A DNA stretch of 64,000 bases from an uncultured Alphaproteobacteria bacterium (GTDB taxonomy: Bacteria; Pseudomonadota; Alphaproteobacteria; HIMB59; GCA-002718135): contig CACMQS010000003.1 in NCBI GenBank assembly GCA_902615845.1, forward strand, positions 62,531-126,530, given 5' to 3'. Below the pieces are notes generated by a model. It was given only the letters and a program-made list of their open reading frames with translations. It was not told the origin of the DNA and ran no database searches. Below are positions 1-10,267 of this stretch, one piece after another. Within the stretch, counting starts at the first letter, position 1; the number at the start of each line of letters is the position of its first letter. Both the position numbers and the translations under genes were made by a program.

Positions 1-224
1 ATTTGAGTTTTATATGCCTCACCTTCCCACTCGGTTACAATAACATTAATATCTGGATTATATTTTTTAACTTCTTTCTTTAATAATTCATAGAACTCAT
101 CTTGACCTTGTCTTGCAGAAAGATCCCAAAGTTTAATATCAATTGCATAAGAGCTACTAGTGAATGAAAAAGAAAGTAAAGTAATTAATATACCAGCCCA
201 TATTCGACTAAAATAATATTTCAT
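1..224 (-). CDS. Sugar ABC transporter extracellular solute-binding protein, N-terminal part (truncated by window edge)
   Basis: Not in ORF track. Manual translation from ATG at 224: MKYYFSRIWAGILITLLSFSFTSSSYA-IDIKLWDLSARQGQDEFYELIKEEVKKIYPDINV..., a signal peptide followed by a typical CUT1 SBP N-terminus; AAGGAGG SD upstream. Confidence 0.8.
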   Translation of the reverse strand, partial: MKYYFSRIWAGILITLLSFSFTSSSYAIDIKLWDLSARQGQDEFYELLKKEVKKYNPDINVIVTEWEGEAYKTQ

Positions 225-230
225 CTTACA

Positions 231-256
231 TTCCTCCTTATTAAGATAAGGAGAAA
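231..256 (-). promoter_or_regulatory. 5'-UTR hairpin sequestering the Shine-Dalgarno of the SBP gene
   Basis: Minus strand UUUCUCCUUAU-CUUA-AUAAGGAGGAA, 11-bp stem (one G-U) containing the SD. Confidence 0.5.
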
Positions 257-415
257 TTAGCATAAAAGAGCCAAAAATAAATACTTTTTGAATGTTTTTG
301 TATGTTACAATCAGTTTAACAATATAGAAAAAACTAGAGAATTACTTAATTTTTTATTTTAAATTTTTTTCAAAAAATTATTTAAATTTAATAATTTATA
401 AAATAAGCTGTTCAA

Positions 416-2476
416 ATGAATGAACCATCAAGGCAAATACATTTAGATTTTCACACTTCAGAGCATATCCCTGATGTTGGAAAATATTTTTCAAAAGAAC
501 AATTTAAAGAAGCTCTACAAATTGGACATATTAATCAAATTAATATTTTTGGAAAATGTCATCATAGTTGGTGTTATTATCCAACAAAAGTAAAGCATGC
601 GAAAATTCATCCAAATTTAAATTTTGATTTACTTGGTCAACAAATTGAAGCTTGTCACGAAATTAATGTAAAAGCACCAATATATTTAACAGTTGGATGG
701 TCAGCACATGATGCAGAAATTCATCCAGAGTGGTGCGCAAGAAACATAGATGGCAGTATAATTGAACACAATAAAAAATTAGGAAATGGAATTGAAGAGA
801 TTACTAGCACTGGTCAGCATAGTGATAAAGAAATACGATATAAAGATAAAAATTTTAAACCCTATGGAAATTGGAAATTTATGTGTCCTACAGGATATTA
901 TGAAGAATTAATTTCAAATATGGTAACTGAATTGTGTTCAAATTATCAAGTAGATGGTTATTTCTTTGATATACATTTTACAAAACTAAAATGTTACTGT
1001 GATAATTGTAAGCAATCTATGAAGGAAACTGGATATGATATTAATAATCCTGAAGAAGTAAATGCTCATTGGAATGAAATTATTTTAAAAAATTTTACTA
1101 AAAATATGACTACTCATATTCAGTCTTTGAAACTAGATGCAAGTATATTTTATAATGGTTTAACTGTTCTTGAGAGAAAAGAAAATTTACTTTACCGCGT
1201 TCACGAAAACTCAACTAAAAATGATTTAGAAGATTTACCAACAACTTGGGGTGGTTATGACAAGATAGCTACTCAATCTAGATATTTTCATAATTATGCA
1301 AATAAACCTATCATTGGTATGAGTGGTAAATTTCATACTTCATGGGGAGAATTTGGAGGTTTTAAATATCCTGAAGCACTAAAATACGAAGCAGCTGCTA
1401 TGATCTCCCACGGTGCACGATGTAATTTTGGTGATCATCTTCATCCAAGTGGAGAAATGGATTTGGATACATATAAAAACGTCGGTGTTGCTTTTGAATA
1501 TATAAAAAAAATTGAAGATTATGGAATTGGTGGCAAACCTTTTTCAAATGTTGCTCTTTATTTGACAGGTTCTTACAATGCAGATGATGGTGTTGCTAGA
1601 ATGTTATTGGAAGAGCATATTGAATACGAAGTCGTAAGTATTAACGCTTCTCAAGAAAGAATTAACGAGTTTGAATTAATCATTATCCCATCATCAAATA
1701 CTCTATCAGAAGAAGAAATAAATAAACTCAAAGATTTTCAGAATAAAGGCGGAACGTTAGTTGTGATTGGGAAAGGCGCACTTAATAATAAAAAGGATAA
1801 ATTTATATTTGATGTTGGAGCAAAATATATTGGACCCTCTGATTATGATATGGATTATGTACAAGTAAGGAAAGAGTTATCAAATAATTTAGTTTCCTCT
1901 CCCTTTATAACTTATTTGCCAGGTATTAAATCAGAAGTTTTTGAGGATAGTAATATTCTGGCAGATATTAAAGTTCCATATTTTAGTCGAACGTTAGAAA
2001 AATATAATGGACACTTATATGCACCAAACAAACTTGATAAAGAAAATTATCCGGCTGTACTACAATATAAGAACACAGTTTTTTTTGCTCATGATTTAGA
2101 TAGGATTTATGCAGAAAATGGATCAAAAGTTCATCGTCAACTATTTGGAAATACAATTAGGCACTTAAACAAAAATCTATTAATCGAAACTAAGGGTCTG
2201 CCAAGTTCTGGGAGAATAACATTGCTTCATCAAGAAAGTAAAAATCGATATGTTGTTCATCTCTTGTATGCTCCTCCATTACAAAGAGGAAGATGTTTAA
2301 TAATTGAAGATGTTCCTGAAATTCATAATGTTGAACTTTCTATTAATTTAGAGAAGAAAATAAAAAAAATATTTATTTTAAATATAGATAAGAAAATTGA
2401 GATTAATGATACTAAGGTAATAAATATTAAAATTGATAAATTCCAAATACATGAAGCAATAGTTTTAGAATATTAA
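416..2476 (+). CDS. GH151-like alpha-L-fucosidase (GHL6-type barrel plus beta-galactosidase trimerisation-like domain)
   Basis: RQIHLDFHTS, IFGKCHH-W-YYPT, DGYFFDI, EDLPTTWGGY, GMSGKFHTSWGEFGG, GDHLHPSG motifs as recalled for GH151; no signal peptide. Confidence 0.75.
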   Translation: MNEPSRQIHLDFHTSEHIPDVGKYFSKEQFKEALQIGHINQINIFGKCHHSWCYYPTKVKHAKIHPNLNFDLLGQQIEACHEINVKAPIYLTVGWSAHDAEIHPEWCARNIDGSIIEHNKKLGNGIEEITSTGQHSDKEIRYKDKNFKPYGNWKFMCPTGYYEELISNMVTELCSNYQVDGYFFDIHFTKLKCYCDNCKQSMKETGYDINNPEEVNAHWNEIILKNFTKNMTTHIQSLKLDASIFYNGLTVLERKENLLYRVHENSTKNDLEDLPTTWGGYDKIATQSRYFHNYANKPIIGMSGKFHTSWGEFGGFKYPEALKYEAAAMISHGARCNFGDHLHPSGEMDLDTYKNVGVAFEYIKKIEDYGIGGKPFSNVALYLTGSYNADDGVARMLLEEHIEYEVVSINASQERINEFELIIIPSSNTLSEEEINKLKDFQNKGGTLVVIGKGALNNKKDKFIFDVGAKYIGPSDYDMDYVQVRKELSNNLVSSPFITYLPGIKSEVFEDSNILADIKVPYFSRTLEKYNGHLYAPNKLDKENYPAVLQYKNTVFFAHDLDRIYAENGSKVHRQLFGNTIRHLNKNLLIETKGLPSSGRITLLHQESKNRYVVHLLYAPPLQRGRCLIIEDVPEIHNVELSINLEKKIKKIFILNIDKKIEINDTKVINIKIDKFQIHEAIVLEY

Positions 2477-2479
2477 AAC

Positions 2480-3988
2480 TTATATATTAAAATAATTTTT
2501 TAATAGTTCTTCTGGAGGATCGTAATTTTTAATTTCTTCCAACATAATATTTTTATATTTTGTCATTAAAGAAATATCATTAAGTGGACTTAATTGACCT
2601 GGATCTTTTTTTAAATCATAGAGTGCACTTTCAGTATCTACCAAAGATTTATGAGGATCAGTTTTTCTAAGAATTTTGTTTACTTTCATTACTGGTATGT
2701 TTTTCGTAAAATCAAAAGGTTCATGCATAGTTGCAGTTTGTAACTCTTCGTGTGAAAAAAATTGCCTCATATTAGTTGGCATCAATGTATATTGAAATCT
2801 ACTTCTGTCATATTGATCAAAATTTTCTGGGAAATGAAAATATGTATAATTTCCATCGGATATATTTATTCCTCCGCCCCAATATCCATACAAAGCAAAA
2901 TGCTCATTTTCACTGTCTTTGTCCAGAAAGTTTAATATAGATTTACCTTTAACCTCTTTAGGAAGATTGTGACCATGCATTGTCATGAATGTTGGCATTA
3001 AATCAATATTTTGCGTTACAACATTTCTTTGCTTGCCTGAGTATTGTTTGTATTCAGGGTGATAAAAATAAAAAGGTATGTTTGCAATTTCATTATACAA
3101 AGGCATTCTATTTTTAGCCCACCAATCATGTTCACCGAGCATGAAACCATGGTCAGTAGTTAAAATCAATGCGGTGTCATCCCATAAATTATTTTCATCA
3201 AAATAATCTAAGACAGTGCCAAGCAAGTAATCACATAAACCAATTAGAGCAATGTAATTAGCTTTTAATTCGGCAACTTCATCATCCGTTTCTTTGACCC
3301 GGTCATATTGAGGCCAGTCTAATCTTGGACCTTTGTAATTAGTTTTTAATTTTTCTCTAAAGCGCTCAGGTGCAAAGAAAGGTTCATGGGGATCAAAAGT
3401 TTCCAATTGAAGGAACCAGTTATCTGCATCTTTATTGATATTAATAAAATCTAATCCAGATTGAAAGCATTTGACGGAAGGAAAATCTTTTTCTTCTTTA
3501 ATAAACTCACTATTTATTGCGTAATGATAATAACCTGTTTCCCTATCAGTTAGATTTAATTGAGATTGATGATATTTTTCTCTCAGTTTTTCAAGAGGCG
3601 GTTGAACCATAGCTTTCCATGGGTCACTCTCTTGTCCTCTAATAAAATCCCAAGAATTAAATCTATTATGATACGTTGCACCACCATCTTCGAAGTAATG
3701 ATAATGATCAGTCACAAGATGAGTATATGTATTATTAAGTCTTAAGATTTCTGGAAATGAATTATCAAATGGTTCTAAGGGACCCCATGCACGGTGCAAA
3801 AAACTTAAGCGTCCCGAGTGCATATCACGTCTTGCAGGCATACATGGCATACTTCCAATATAATGATTATTAAATTGAACTGATTTTTCTGCTAATCGGT
3901 TAAAATTTGGTGTTTCAATATATTTACCACCATAAGAATTTAACATTCTTTTATTTAATGAATCAAACAAAAGGAAAACCGTTTTCAT
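2480..3988 (-). CDS. Formylglycine-dependent (S1) sulfatase
   Basis: N-terminal FDS, CMPAR (CxPxR), DPHEP, TDHG, LYDL motifs. Confidence 0.92.
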   Translation of the reverse strand: MKTVFLLFDSLNKRMLNSYGGKYIETPNFNRLAEKSVQFNNHYIGSMPCMPARRDMHSGRLSFLHRAWGPLEPFDNSFPEILRLNNTYTHLVTDHYHYFEDGGATYHNRFNSWDFIRGQESDPWKAMVQPPLEKLREKYHQSQLNLTDRETGYYHYAINSEFIKEEKDFPSVKCFQSGLDFININKDADNWFLQLETFDPHEPFFAPERFREKLKTNYKGPRLDWPQYDRVKETDDEVAELKANYIALIGLCDYLLGTVLDYFDENNLWDDTALILTTDHGFMLGEHDWWAKNRMPLYNEIANIPFYFYHPEYKQYSGKQRNVVTQNIDLMPTFMTMHGHNLPKEVKGKSILNFLDKDSENEHFALYGYWGGGINISDGNYTYFHFPENFDQYDRSRFQYTLMPTNMRQFFSHEELQTATMHEPFDFTKNIPVMKVNKILRKTDPHKSLVDTESALYDLKKDPGQLSPLNDISLMTKYKNIMLEEIKNYDPPEELLKNYFNI

Positions 3989-4019
3989 AAAAATTAGATT
4001 AATACGAAAAAAAAAATTA

Positions 4020-5387
4020 TTAAAGTTTTTTCTTTAATCTGTGAAAAGAATCAGGATTTAATCCCATTTGACCAGGATTAATTACATTTTTAGCTTTTGT
4101 AATTTTAGTTGTTATATTTTCAACTTTTTTAATTTTACTTTTAATCTTTTTTCTTAAGGATGTTACTATTTCATCATAAGTACTAATACCAATTAAGTTA
4201 TTTAATTCGTACGGATCAGCATCAAGATCGTATAGATTTGTTTCCGTATATTGATTTGATGAAGGTTTATCACTCCCATTAGAGTCTTGATCAGCAATAC
4301 AATATTTCCATTTTTCAGTTCTTAAACTTCTAGCTAATTGACTTTCACTAATTTGAATAAAAATTTCGTTTTCCCATTTTTTGGAAGTTTTATTCACTAA
4401 AGGCAATACTGATCTACCATCACAATGAGAAGTGTTTTTAACTTTTGCTAAGTCCAATATTGTTGCATGAATATCTAGAATGTTAGTTAGTTCTTTTATA
4501 CGTCCACCTTGCTGAAAGACATTTCCAATCAAAGATGTAGGAACTCGTATTGAACTTTCATGACATGAACGTTTATATTCTCTATTTCGTGTTTTAAAAT
4601 TATTTCCATGATCAGATGTAAAAATAATGGCACTATCATCAAATAATTTTAAACTTTTGATGACATCAATCATTCTGCCATAAGCTTCATCTATTCTCTT
4701 CACCATTCCATAGTAACCACCTAAATGCCGAGGAGAAGATCCAACTAGAGATGAAAGATCTGGTGGTGACCACTTGCCTGTATATTTTTCTCTGTATCCA
4801 ATAGGTGGTGGATAATCATCTGTATTATTTTGATGATGTGGCTCAATAAGAGAAACGAAAAGAAAAAATGGTTTTTTTTGATTTAGTTTTATAAAATTTA
4901 TAGCTGCATCAGTTATTGCATCAACTCTATATCCTGGAAGAAATACTTTTTTATTTTGTCCATCATAAACATATGTTTCATAAGCATCAGAAGTAAATTC
5001 TAATAGATTTGATCCCAACCAATAATCATAACCACCTCTATCCTCTTTTTTAACAGGTTCAGATGAGCCGAGGTGCCACTTTCCAATATATCCAGTAGCA
5101 TATCCTTCTTTTGATAAATGTTTTGCTAGAGTTTTAATATTTTTTTTTAAAGGTATTCTATTTTTAAAACATCCAGTTTTTGTTGCATACATTCCTGATT
5201 GTAATGAAGCTCTTGCAGGCCCACAAACTGGTTGGCATGTAAATGAATTATAAAGATGTGTGCCTTCGACTGCATAATGGTCGAAGTTCTCCATCAAGGA
5301 TAATGGATTGCCATGTAAACCAGAAGTATCCCAGCGCTGTTGATCAGTAAAAAATACAATAATATTTGGTTTAGATTTAATATTCAT
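4020..5387 (-). CDS. Formylglycine-dependent (S1) sulfatase
   Basis: PNIIVFFTDQQR, CGPAR, GYATGYIGKWHL, SDHG, LYDLDADPYE. Confidence 0.93.
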   Translation of the reverse strand: MNIKSKPNIIVFFTDQQRWDTSGLHGNPLSLMENFDHYAVEGTHLYNSFTCQPVCGPARASLQSGMYATKTGCFKNRIPLKKNIKTLAKHLSKEGYATGYIGKWHLGSSEPVKKEDRGGYDYWLGSNLLEFTSDAYETYVYDGQNKKVFLPGYRVDAITDAAINFIKLNQKKPFFLFVSLIEPHHQNNTDDYPPPIGYREKYTGKWSPPDLSSLVGSSPRHLGGYYGMVKRIDEAYGRMIDVIKSLKLFDDSAIIFTSDHGNNFKTRNREYKRSCHESSIRVPTSLIGNVFQQGGRIKELTNILDIHATILDLAKVKNTSHCDGRSVLPLVNKTSKKWENEIFIQISESQLARSLRTEKWKYCIADQDSNGSDKPSSNQYTETNLYDLDADPYELNNLIGISTYDEIVTSLRKKIKSKIKKVENITTKITKAKNVINPGQMGLNPDSFHRLKKKL

Positions 5388-5399
5388 TATGATTTAGAT

Positions 5400-6899
5400 T
5401 TATTTACCAAAAGGTTTTCCTTTATATTTTCTAAGATTGTCAGCGTGTTTTTTTCTATCTGTTTTTTCAAGACGCTCAACATATGTATTCCAGACTTTTG
5501 AATAAATATTTGCATGATGAGGACCGCCTTCTCTAATTACACCTTGAAGTGGATCTCCTCTATCAGCCTCATACATATTTTCTTCAATCCACTCATCGAT
5601 TAAAAACATCCCATGCGCTACGAGATCTTTATGGTGATCTGCTAGATTATTCAACTCGTGCGGATCCTTTTCAATATCGAAAAGCATATATTTTGGAAAA
5701 TCTTTTAAACCAGTGTCGTACGTTCTTATCAGTAACCAATTATCCCATCTTACAGATCTTTGACAACTCCAAGCACCATGACTAATAACTAAATAATCTC
5801 TTCCATTTGATGATTTAATATTAGTTAAATTTTCAGTGAAGTTAATACCGTCCCATCTATCGGGTTGTGAAGATGAAGTAATTTGAGAAATAGTTGAGGT
5901 TAAATCTAAATTATAAAATTTATTTTCTACAGTACTTCCTTTATTTGTATCTGTTATCCCCGGCCATCTAATTATTAATGGAACTCTATTAGTTATATGA
6001 TCAGCTGTTTGGTGATCTCCCCATACATTTAACTCACCTTGATTTTCTCCGTGGTCTGCTGAAATAATTATTGCCGTATCATCCCAAAGGTTCATTTTTT
6101 TTAAGTCTTCAAAAACTTTATTTAAATAAAAATCAGCGTACTTAATTCCAGTATCATATGCATCAATTTGCTCTTTAGCATCAGAAGTATTTTTAATTTC
6201 CCCCACTCCCATTGTATACTTTCCTCCAAGATCTTCATCAAATCCTGGAACTTCTCTAGCGCTATGCGGTCCGAAACTATTCCTTTGTTTTTTAATTAAT
6301 TCTTCTGTCACCCACTCTTCGATAGGATCATCTTTAAAAGGATTTCCAAAGTCTTCAGGTGTATCATACGGAGTATGAGGATCCCACATATTTACATGTA
6401 AGAACCAATTTTCTTTTTCTCCATTATTTTCTAACCACTTTTTTATAACAGGGTAGACTTCATCAGCATTTTCTAAACCACCTTTTCCAGTGTCATACGT
6501 TTCGGTAAAACCAAACCAAACTTGATAAGCTGTATGTCTTTCAGGGAAAGGACTGATACTTGCTGTATAATATCCTGCATCTCGAAGAACTTTTCCAAGA
6601 GATGTAAAAGCATATTCTCCTCTTAAACCGCCTTTAAATTCTCTATTCCAAATATTTTTTCTAGGAGCAATATCAGAGAATTCACCGCCATGATTAACAA
6701 CTCCAGTTTTAAAACCAAAATTGCCACCGAACAAAGAAGTTCTACTAGGCAGGCATGGTGTGTCAGTTGAATAAAAATTTGTAAACTTGACTCCTTCTTT
6801 TGCTATTGAGTCAATCGTAGGAGATGTGTTTCTATGATAACCATAACATCCTAAATGATCAGGTCTTAAAGAATCTATGTCTACGTATAAAATTCTCAT
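5400..6899 (-). CDS. Formylglycine-dependent (S1) sulfatase
   Basis: DIDSLRPDHLGCYGY, CLPSR, DPHTPY, ADHGE, LFDIEKDPHE. Confidence 0.92.
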   Translation of the reverse strand: MRILYVDIDSLRPDHLGCYGYHRNTSPTIDSIAKEGVKFTNFYSTDTPCLPSRTSLFGGNFGFKTGVVNHGGEFSDIAPRKNIWNREFKGGLRGEYAFTSLGKVLRDAGYYTASISPFPERHTAYQVWFGFTETYDTGKGGLENADEVYPVIKKWLENNGEKENWFLHVNMWDPHTPYDTPEDFGNPFKDDPIEEWVTEELIKKQRNSFGPHSAREVPGFDEDLGGKYTMGVGEIKNTSDAKEQIDAYDTGIKYADFYLNKVFEDLKKMNLWDDTAIIISADHGENQGELNVWGDHQTADHITNRVPLIIRWPGITDTNKGSTVENKFYNLDLTSTISQITSSSQPDRWDGINFTENLTNIKSSNGRDYLVISHGAWSCQRSVRWDNWLLIRTYDTGLKDFPKYMLFDIEKDPHELNNLADHHKDLVAHGMFLIDEWIEENMYEADRGDPLQGVIREGGPHHANIYSKVWNTYVERLEKTDRKKHADNLRKYKGKPFGK

Positions 6900-6915
6900 C
6901 TTTATCCTTTCTTAA

Positions 6916-8457
6916 TTAAGCGCCTGAAACTCTTTTCATTTTTGATGTTTCATCTTTTAATGTGGCTTGCGCAAACTTAAATAATAAATCTTTTTTTAAT
7001 GTTTGTGCGTTCGTATTATCCCATAAATTATTATATTCGTTTGGATCATTTTCTAAATCAAAAAGTTCACCGTAGTTAGCTTCTCGGTAAATAGAAATTT
7101 TATAATTATCATTAATGTAAGTTTTTAAATGTGGCATTCTTGGATTATGTCTATTTTCAACAAATATATGTGAACGGATACTTTCCTTGTTGCCATAAAA
7201 TACATCCGTTTGATCGACTCCTTGCATTTGAGTTGGTATATCAATGCCCGCGACTTTTAAAAATGTTGGTGCAAGATCAACTAAACTCAATAAAGATGAA
7301 GATGATGAATTTTGAGGAACTTTATCTGGCCATCTAACAATAAATGGTAAACGGAGCATATCTTCATAGTGGAAAGGTCCTTTAGCAATTAAACCATGCT
7401 GTCCTATAAAGTGACCATGATCAGTAGTAAAAATAATTATAGTATTATCAAGTTCACCTATTTGATCTAACTTATTAATTATTTTTCCAATATTCTTATC
7501 CATAAAACTAACCATGCCATAATAAATTGCCATGTCTTTTTTTAATTCTTCCATAGGATACAGATGACTCATGCATCCATGAGCGTTAAATGGTGAATGC
7601 CAATTTTCAAAATCAGGATTTGTCGTTTGTGTTTTTCCAAAATGTGGTGGATTTAATTCGTGTTCACCTTCTTTTAACGTTCCAGGTGACATGTCTTCTG
7701 GATTATACATTGATGCCCATGGTTCACTTAATACATATGGTGGATGTGGATCCTGAAAACTTGTCCAAAGAAAAAATGGCTTGTCATCTTTTTGTTGATC
7801 TAAAAATTCAATTGATCTTTCGGCTGTCCAATTTGTGTAGTGATGCTTTTCGTCTAACTTCCAAACCCTATCCGGTCTTGCCCAGTAGTCATATTCACGA
7901 GCAATTGGAGGAGCATATTTAGAAGTTTCACCAGGCACTGGTTGAAAATATTCTTTCCAATCACTAAGACCGTTTTGTTCCATCCAAATTGCATAATGTT
8001 GACCTACATGACTTTCATCTGCATGATTACGTGCTAGCTCAATATGTTCAAAGCCATACCAAGGTCCTTTAAAATTTTTCCAAAATTCTAAATCTCTTAA
8101 AGTTGGTTGTCCTTCTATAGATTCCTGACCTGGAACTGAAGTTAATGGTTGGAAATGTGCTTTACCAATTAAACCAGTAGAGTAACCATTTTTGTATAAA
8201 AGTTCTCCAATAGTTTCTACTTCTTCATCTAATTTAACACCAATTGTCCACGCTCCATGAGAAGACGGATATTGTCCAGTAATAATACTTGCTCTTGATG
8301 GTGTACAAACTGGTGATGGACAATAAGCTCTTGTAAAATTCATTCCTTCATCACAAAGCTTATCTAAATACGGTGTTTGTATTTTTGAATTAAATTTTCC
8401 GATAGTATCGTGATGCTGTTGATCAGAAGTGATTAATAAAATATTTGGCCTTTTCAT
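6916..8457 (-). CDS. Formylglycine-dependent (S1) sulfatase
   Basis: PNILLITSDQQ, CTPSRASIITG, GKAHF, DPHPPY, TDHG, ELFDLENDPNE. Confidence 0.93.
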   Translation of the reverse strand: MKRPNILLITSDQQHHDTIGKFNSKIQTPYLDKLCDEGMNFTRAYCPSPVCTPSRASIITGQYPSSHGAWTIGVKLDEEVETIGELLYKNGYSTGLIGKAHFQPLTSVPGQESIEGQPTLRDLEFWKNFKGPWYGFEHIELARNHADESHVGQHYAIWMEQNGLSDWKEYFQPVPGETSKYAPPIAREYDYWARPDRVWKLDEKHHYTNWTAERSIEFLDQQKDDKPFFLWTSFQDPHPPYVLSEPWASMYNPEDMSPGTLKEGEHELNPPHFGKTQTTNPDFENWHSPFNAHGCMSHLYPMEELKKDMAIYYGMVSFMDKNIGKIINKLDQIGELDNTIIIFTTDHGHFIGQHGLIAKGPFHYEDMLRLPFIVRWPDKVPQNSSSSSLLSLVDLAPTFLKVAGIDIPTQMQGVDQTDVFYGNKESIRSHIFVENRHNPRMPHLKTYINDNYKISIYREANYGELFDLENDPNEYNNLWDNTNAQTLKKDLLFKFAQATLKDETSKMKRVSGA

Positions 8458-8459
8458 AT

Positions 8460-9311
8460 TTACCCTTTTACAGCTCCTTGAACACCTTCAACAAAATATT
8501 TTTGCATAAACAAAAATAAAATAATTATAGGCAAAATAGTTATAACAGATGCAGCTGCCATACCAGACCAATCGACAAAGTATTCACCTTTAAAAGCGTA
8601 CACACCTACGGATAGTGTTCGTATATCAGGATTACCCAATGTGATGACGACTGGTAATAAGAAGTCATTCCATGCATGCAAAACTTGTAGAATAGAAACT
8701 GTGGCTACTACTGGTTTTGTTAGAGGTAACATGATTGAAATAAATGTTCGAACGAAGCCCGCTCCATCCATTTTAGCTGCTTCTTCAAGCTCTACAGGAA
8801 CTCTCGAAAAATATCCTGCAAACAATAAAATATAAATTACAGGGGTGTGCCCTGCTGTTGCGAGTGTTAGTCCAATTAAGTTTTTAGAAATATTTAAATT
8901 ATTTAATAAATCAAAAACAGGAATAATTGTGTAACCTTGAGGAATAAAAATTGTACTAATTAAAATTCCAATAAGTATTTTTTTTCCTGGAAAAGAATAT
9001 CTTCCAATTACGTAACCAAACATACCAGTTGTTACGACAACTATAATTACAGAAACAACTGTAATAATCAGTGTATTAAAAAAATACCTACCCATATTTG
9101 CACCAAACCATGCTCTTTCAAAATTTTCCCAAACAAGCCGGTCAGGGATTAAGCCTAAGCCTCCCCAAATTTCAAAATCTGTTTTGAAAGAAGCTGAGAG
9201 TACCCACAGTAATGGATAGATCCAAAAGAAAGAGAAAATAATAAAAGCTATAGTTATAATTAAATATTTAACTTGGTTTTTTTCAGCAATAAAATTTAAG
9301 TATCTAGTCAT
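8460..9311 (-). CDS. Carbohydrate ABC transporter permease (MalG-like)
   Basis: EAA loop ELEEAAKMDGA; start moved to ATG 9311 (MTRYLNF), which overlaps the upstream stop as ATGA. Confidence 0.9.
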   Translation of the reverse strand: MTRYLNFIAEKNQVKYLIITIAFIIFSFFWIYPLLWVLSASFKTDFEIWGGLGLIPDRLVWENFERAWFGANMGRYFFNTLIITVVSVIIVVVTTGMFGYVIGRYSFPGKKILIGILISTIFIPQGYTIIPVFDLLNNLNISKNLIGLTLATAGHTPVIYILLFAGYFSRVPVELEEAAKMDGAGFVRTFISIMLPLTKPVVATVSILQVLHAWNDFLLPVVITLGNPDIRTLSVGVYAFKGEYFVDWSGMAAASVITILPIIILFLFMQKYFVEGVQGAVKG

Positions 9312-10222
9312 ATTCTTCGAGTTCTCCTCATCCATAATCCCTGAAGGACTGTAATAAATAAAACAGCAACACCCCAAAATACTCCTGCAGCACAAGCGTA
9401 TCCAAGCCTAGGCATTGTGCCAGAGTCAGTTACAAAAGCTGTTCTAAAAATATATATTTCCATAACTTCACTACTAAAGAATGGTCCTCCAGCAGTCATA
9501 GTTTCAATTAAAGGAAAAACATTTAGTGCTCCAACTGCCTCCACAAGAATAATGACAATAGCAAAAGGTAGTACAATTGGTAAAATAATATGGATCCATA
9601 ATCTATATCCTTCAGCACCATCAATTTTTGCAGCATCGTAAACATCTTGTGGGACTGTTTGTAAAGCAGCAAGCCAATACATCATAGTTATCCCTAGCCA
9701 TTTCCAAACATATACTCCCATTACAGTTGGAAGCACAGTATCTGGGTTTCCAAGAAAATCAATTGGAGCAGAAGTTAAATTAGTAGACATTAAAAATTTA
9801 TTAGCAGGTCCATTAAAAGGGCTAAATACAAAAGTCATTACAATACCAATGATAGCAATTGCAGTAACTACAGGCATAAAGATTACAGTACGAAAGAAAG
9901 GGGCAAGTTTTAAAACCTGATTATTTAAAAATACTGCAATAATGAAACCTAAAACTATTTTTACTGGAACTGTTCCAAACATAAAAATAAAAGAACGAAT
10001 AAATGCATCCCAAAAAAATTCATCATTGACAGCTTCATAATAATTTTGAAGGCCGATAAATTTTGCTTCTTTTGTAAAACCACTCCAATCTAATAAAGAA
10101 AAGTACCAAGACATTCCAATCGGATAAATGACAAACATTCCTGTAAGAATTGAGCATGGTAAAACAAATAAGTAACACCATCTTGCATCATATATTTGTT
10201 TAGATAGAGGTTTTTTGTGCAT
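9308..10222 (-). CDS. Carbohydrate ABC transporter permease (MalF-like)
   Basis: FIGLQNY, YDAAKIDGA EAA motif, TAGGP, multiple TM segments. Confidence 0.92.
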   Translation of the reverse strand: MHKKPLSKQIYDARWCYLFVLPCSILTGMFVIYPIGMSWYFSLLDWSGFTKEAKFIGLQNYYEAVNDEFFWDAFIRSFIFMFGTVPVKIVLGFIIAVFLNNQVLKLAPFFRTVIFMPVVTAIAIIGIVMTFVFSPFNGPANKFLMSTNLTSAPIDFLGNPDTVLPTVMGVYVWKWLGITMMYWLAALQTVPQDVYDAAKIDGAEGYRLWIHIILPIVLPFAIVIILVEAVGALNVFPLIETMTAGGPFFSSEVMEIYIFRTAFVTDSGTMPRLGYACAAGVFWGVAVLFITVLQGLWMRRTRRI

Positions 10223-10225
10223 AGT

Positions 10226-10256
10226 AAAAAAAGGCGAATTTAAAAAATTCGCCTTT
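10226..10256 (-). terminator. Intrinsic terminator/stability hairpin after SBP gene
   Basis: AAAGGCGAATTT-AAA-AAATTCGCCTTT inverted repeat with A-run (U-tract on minus strand). Confidence 0.75.
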
Positions 10257-10267
10257 AGATATTTTGT

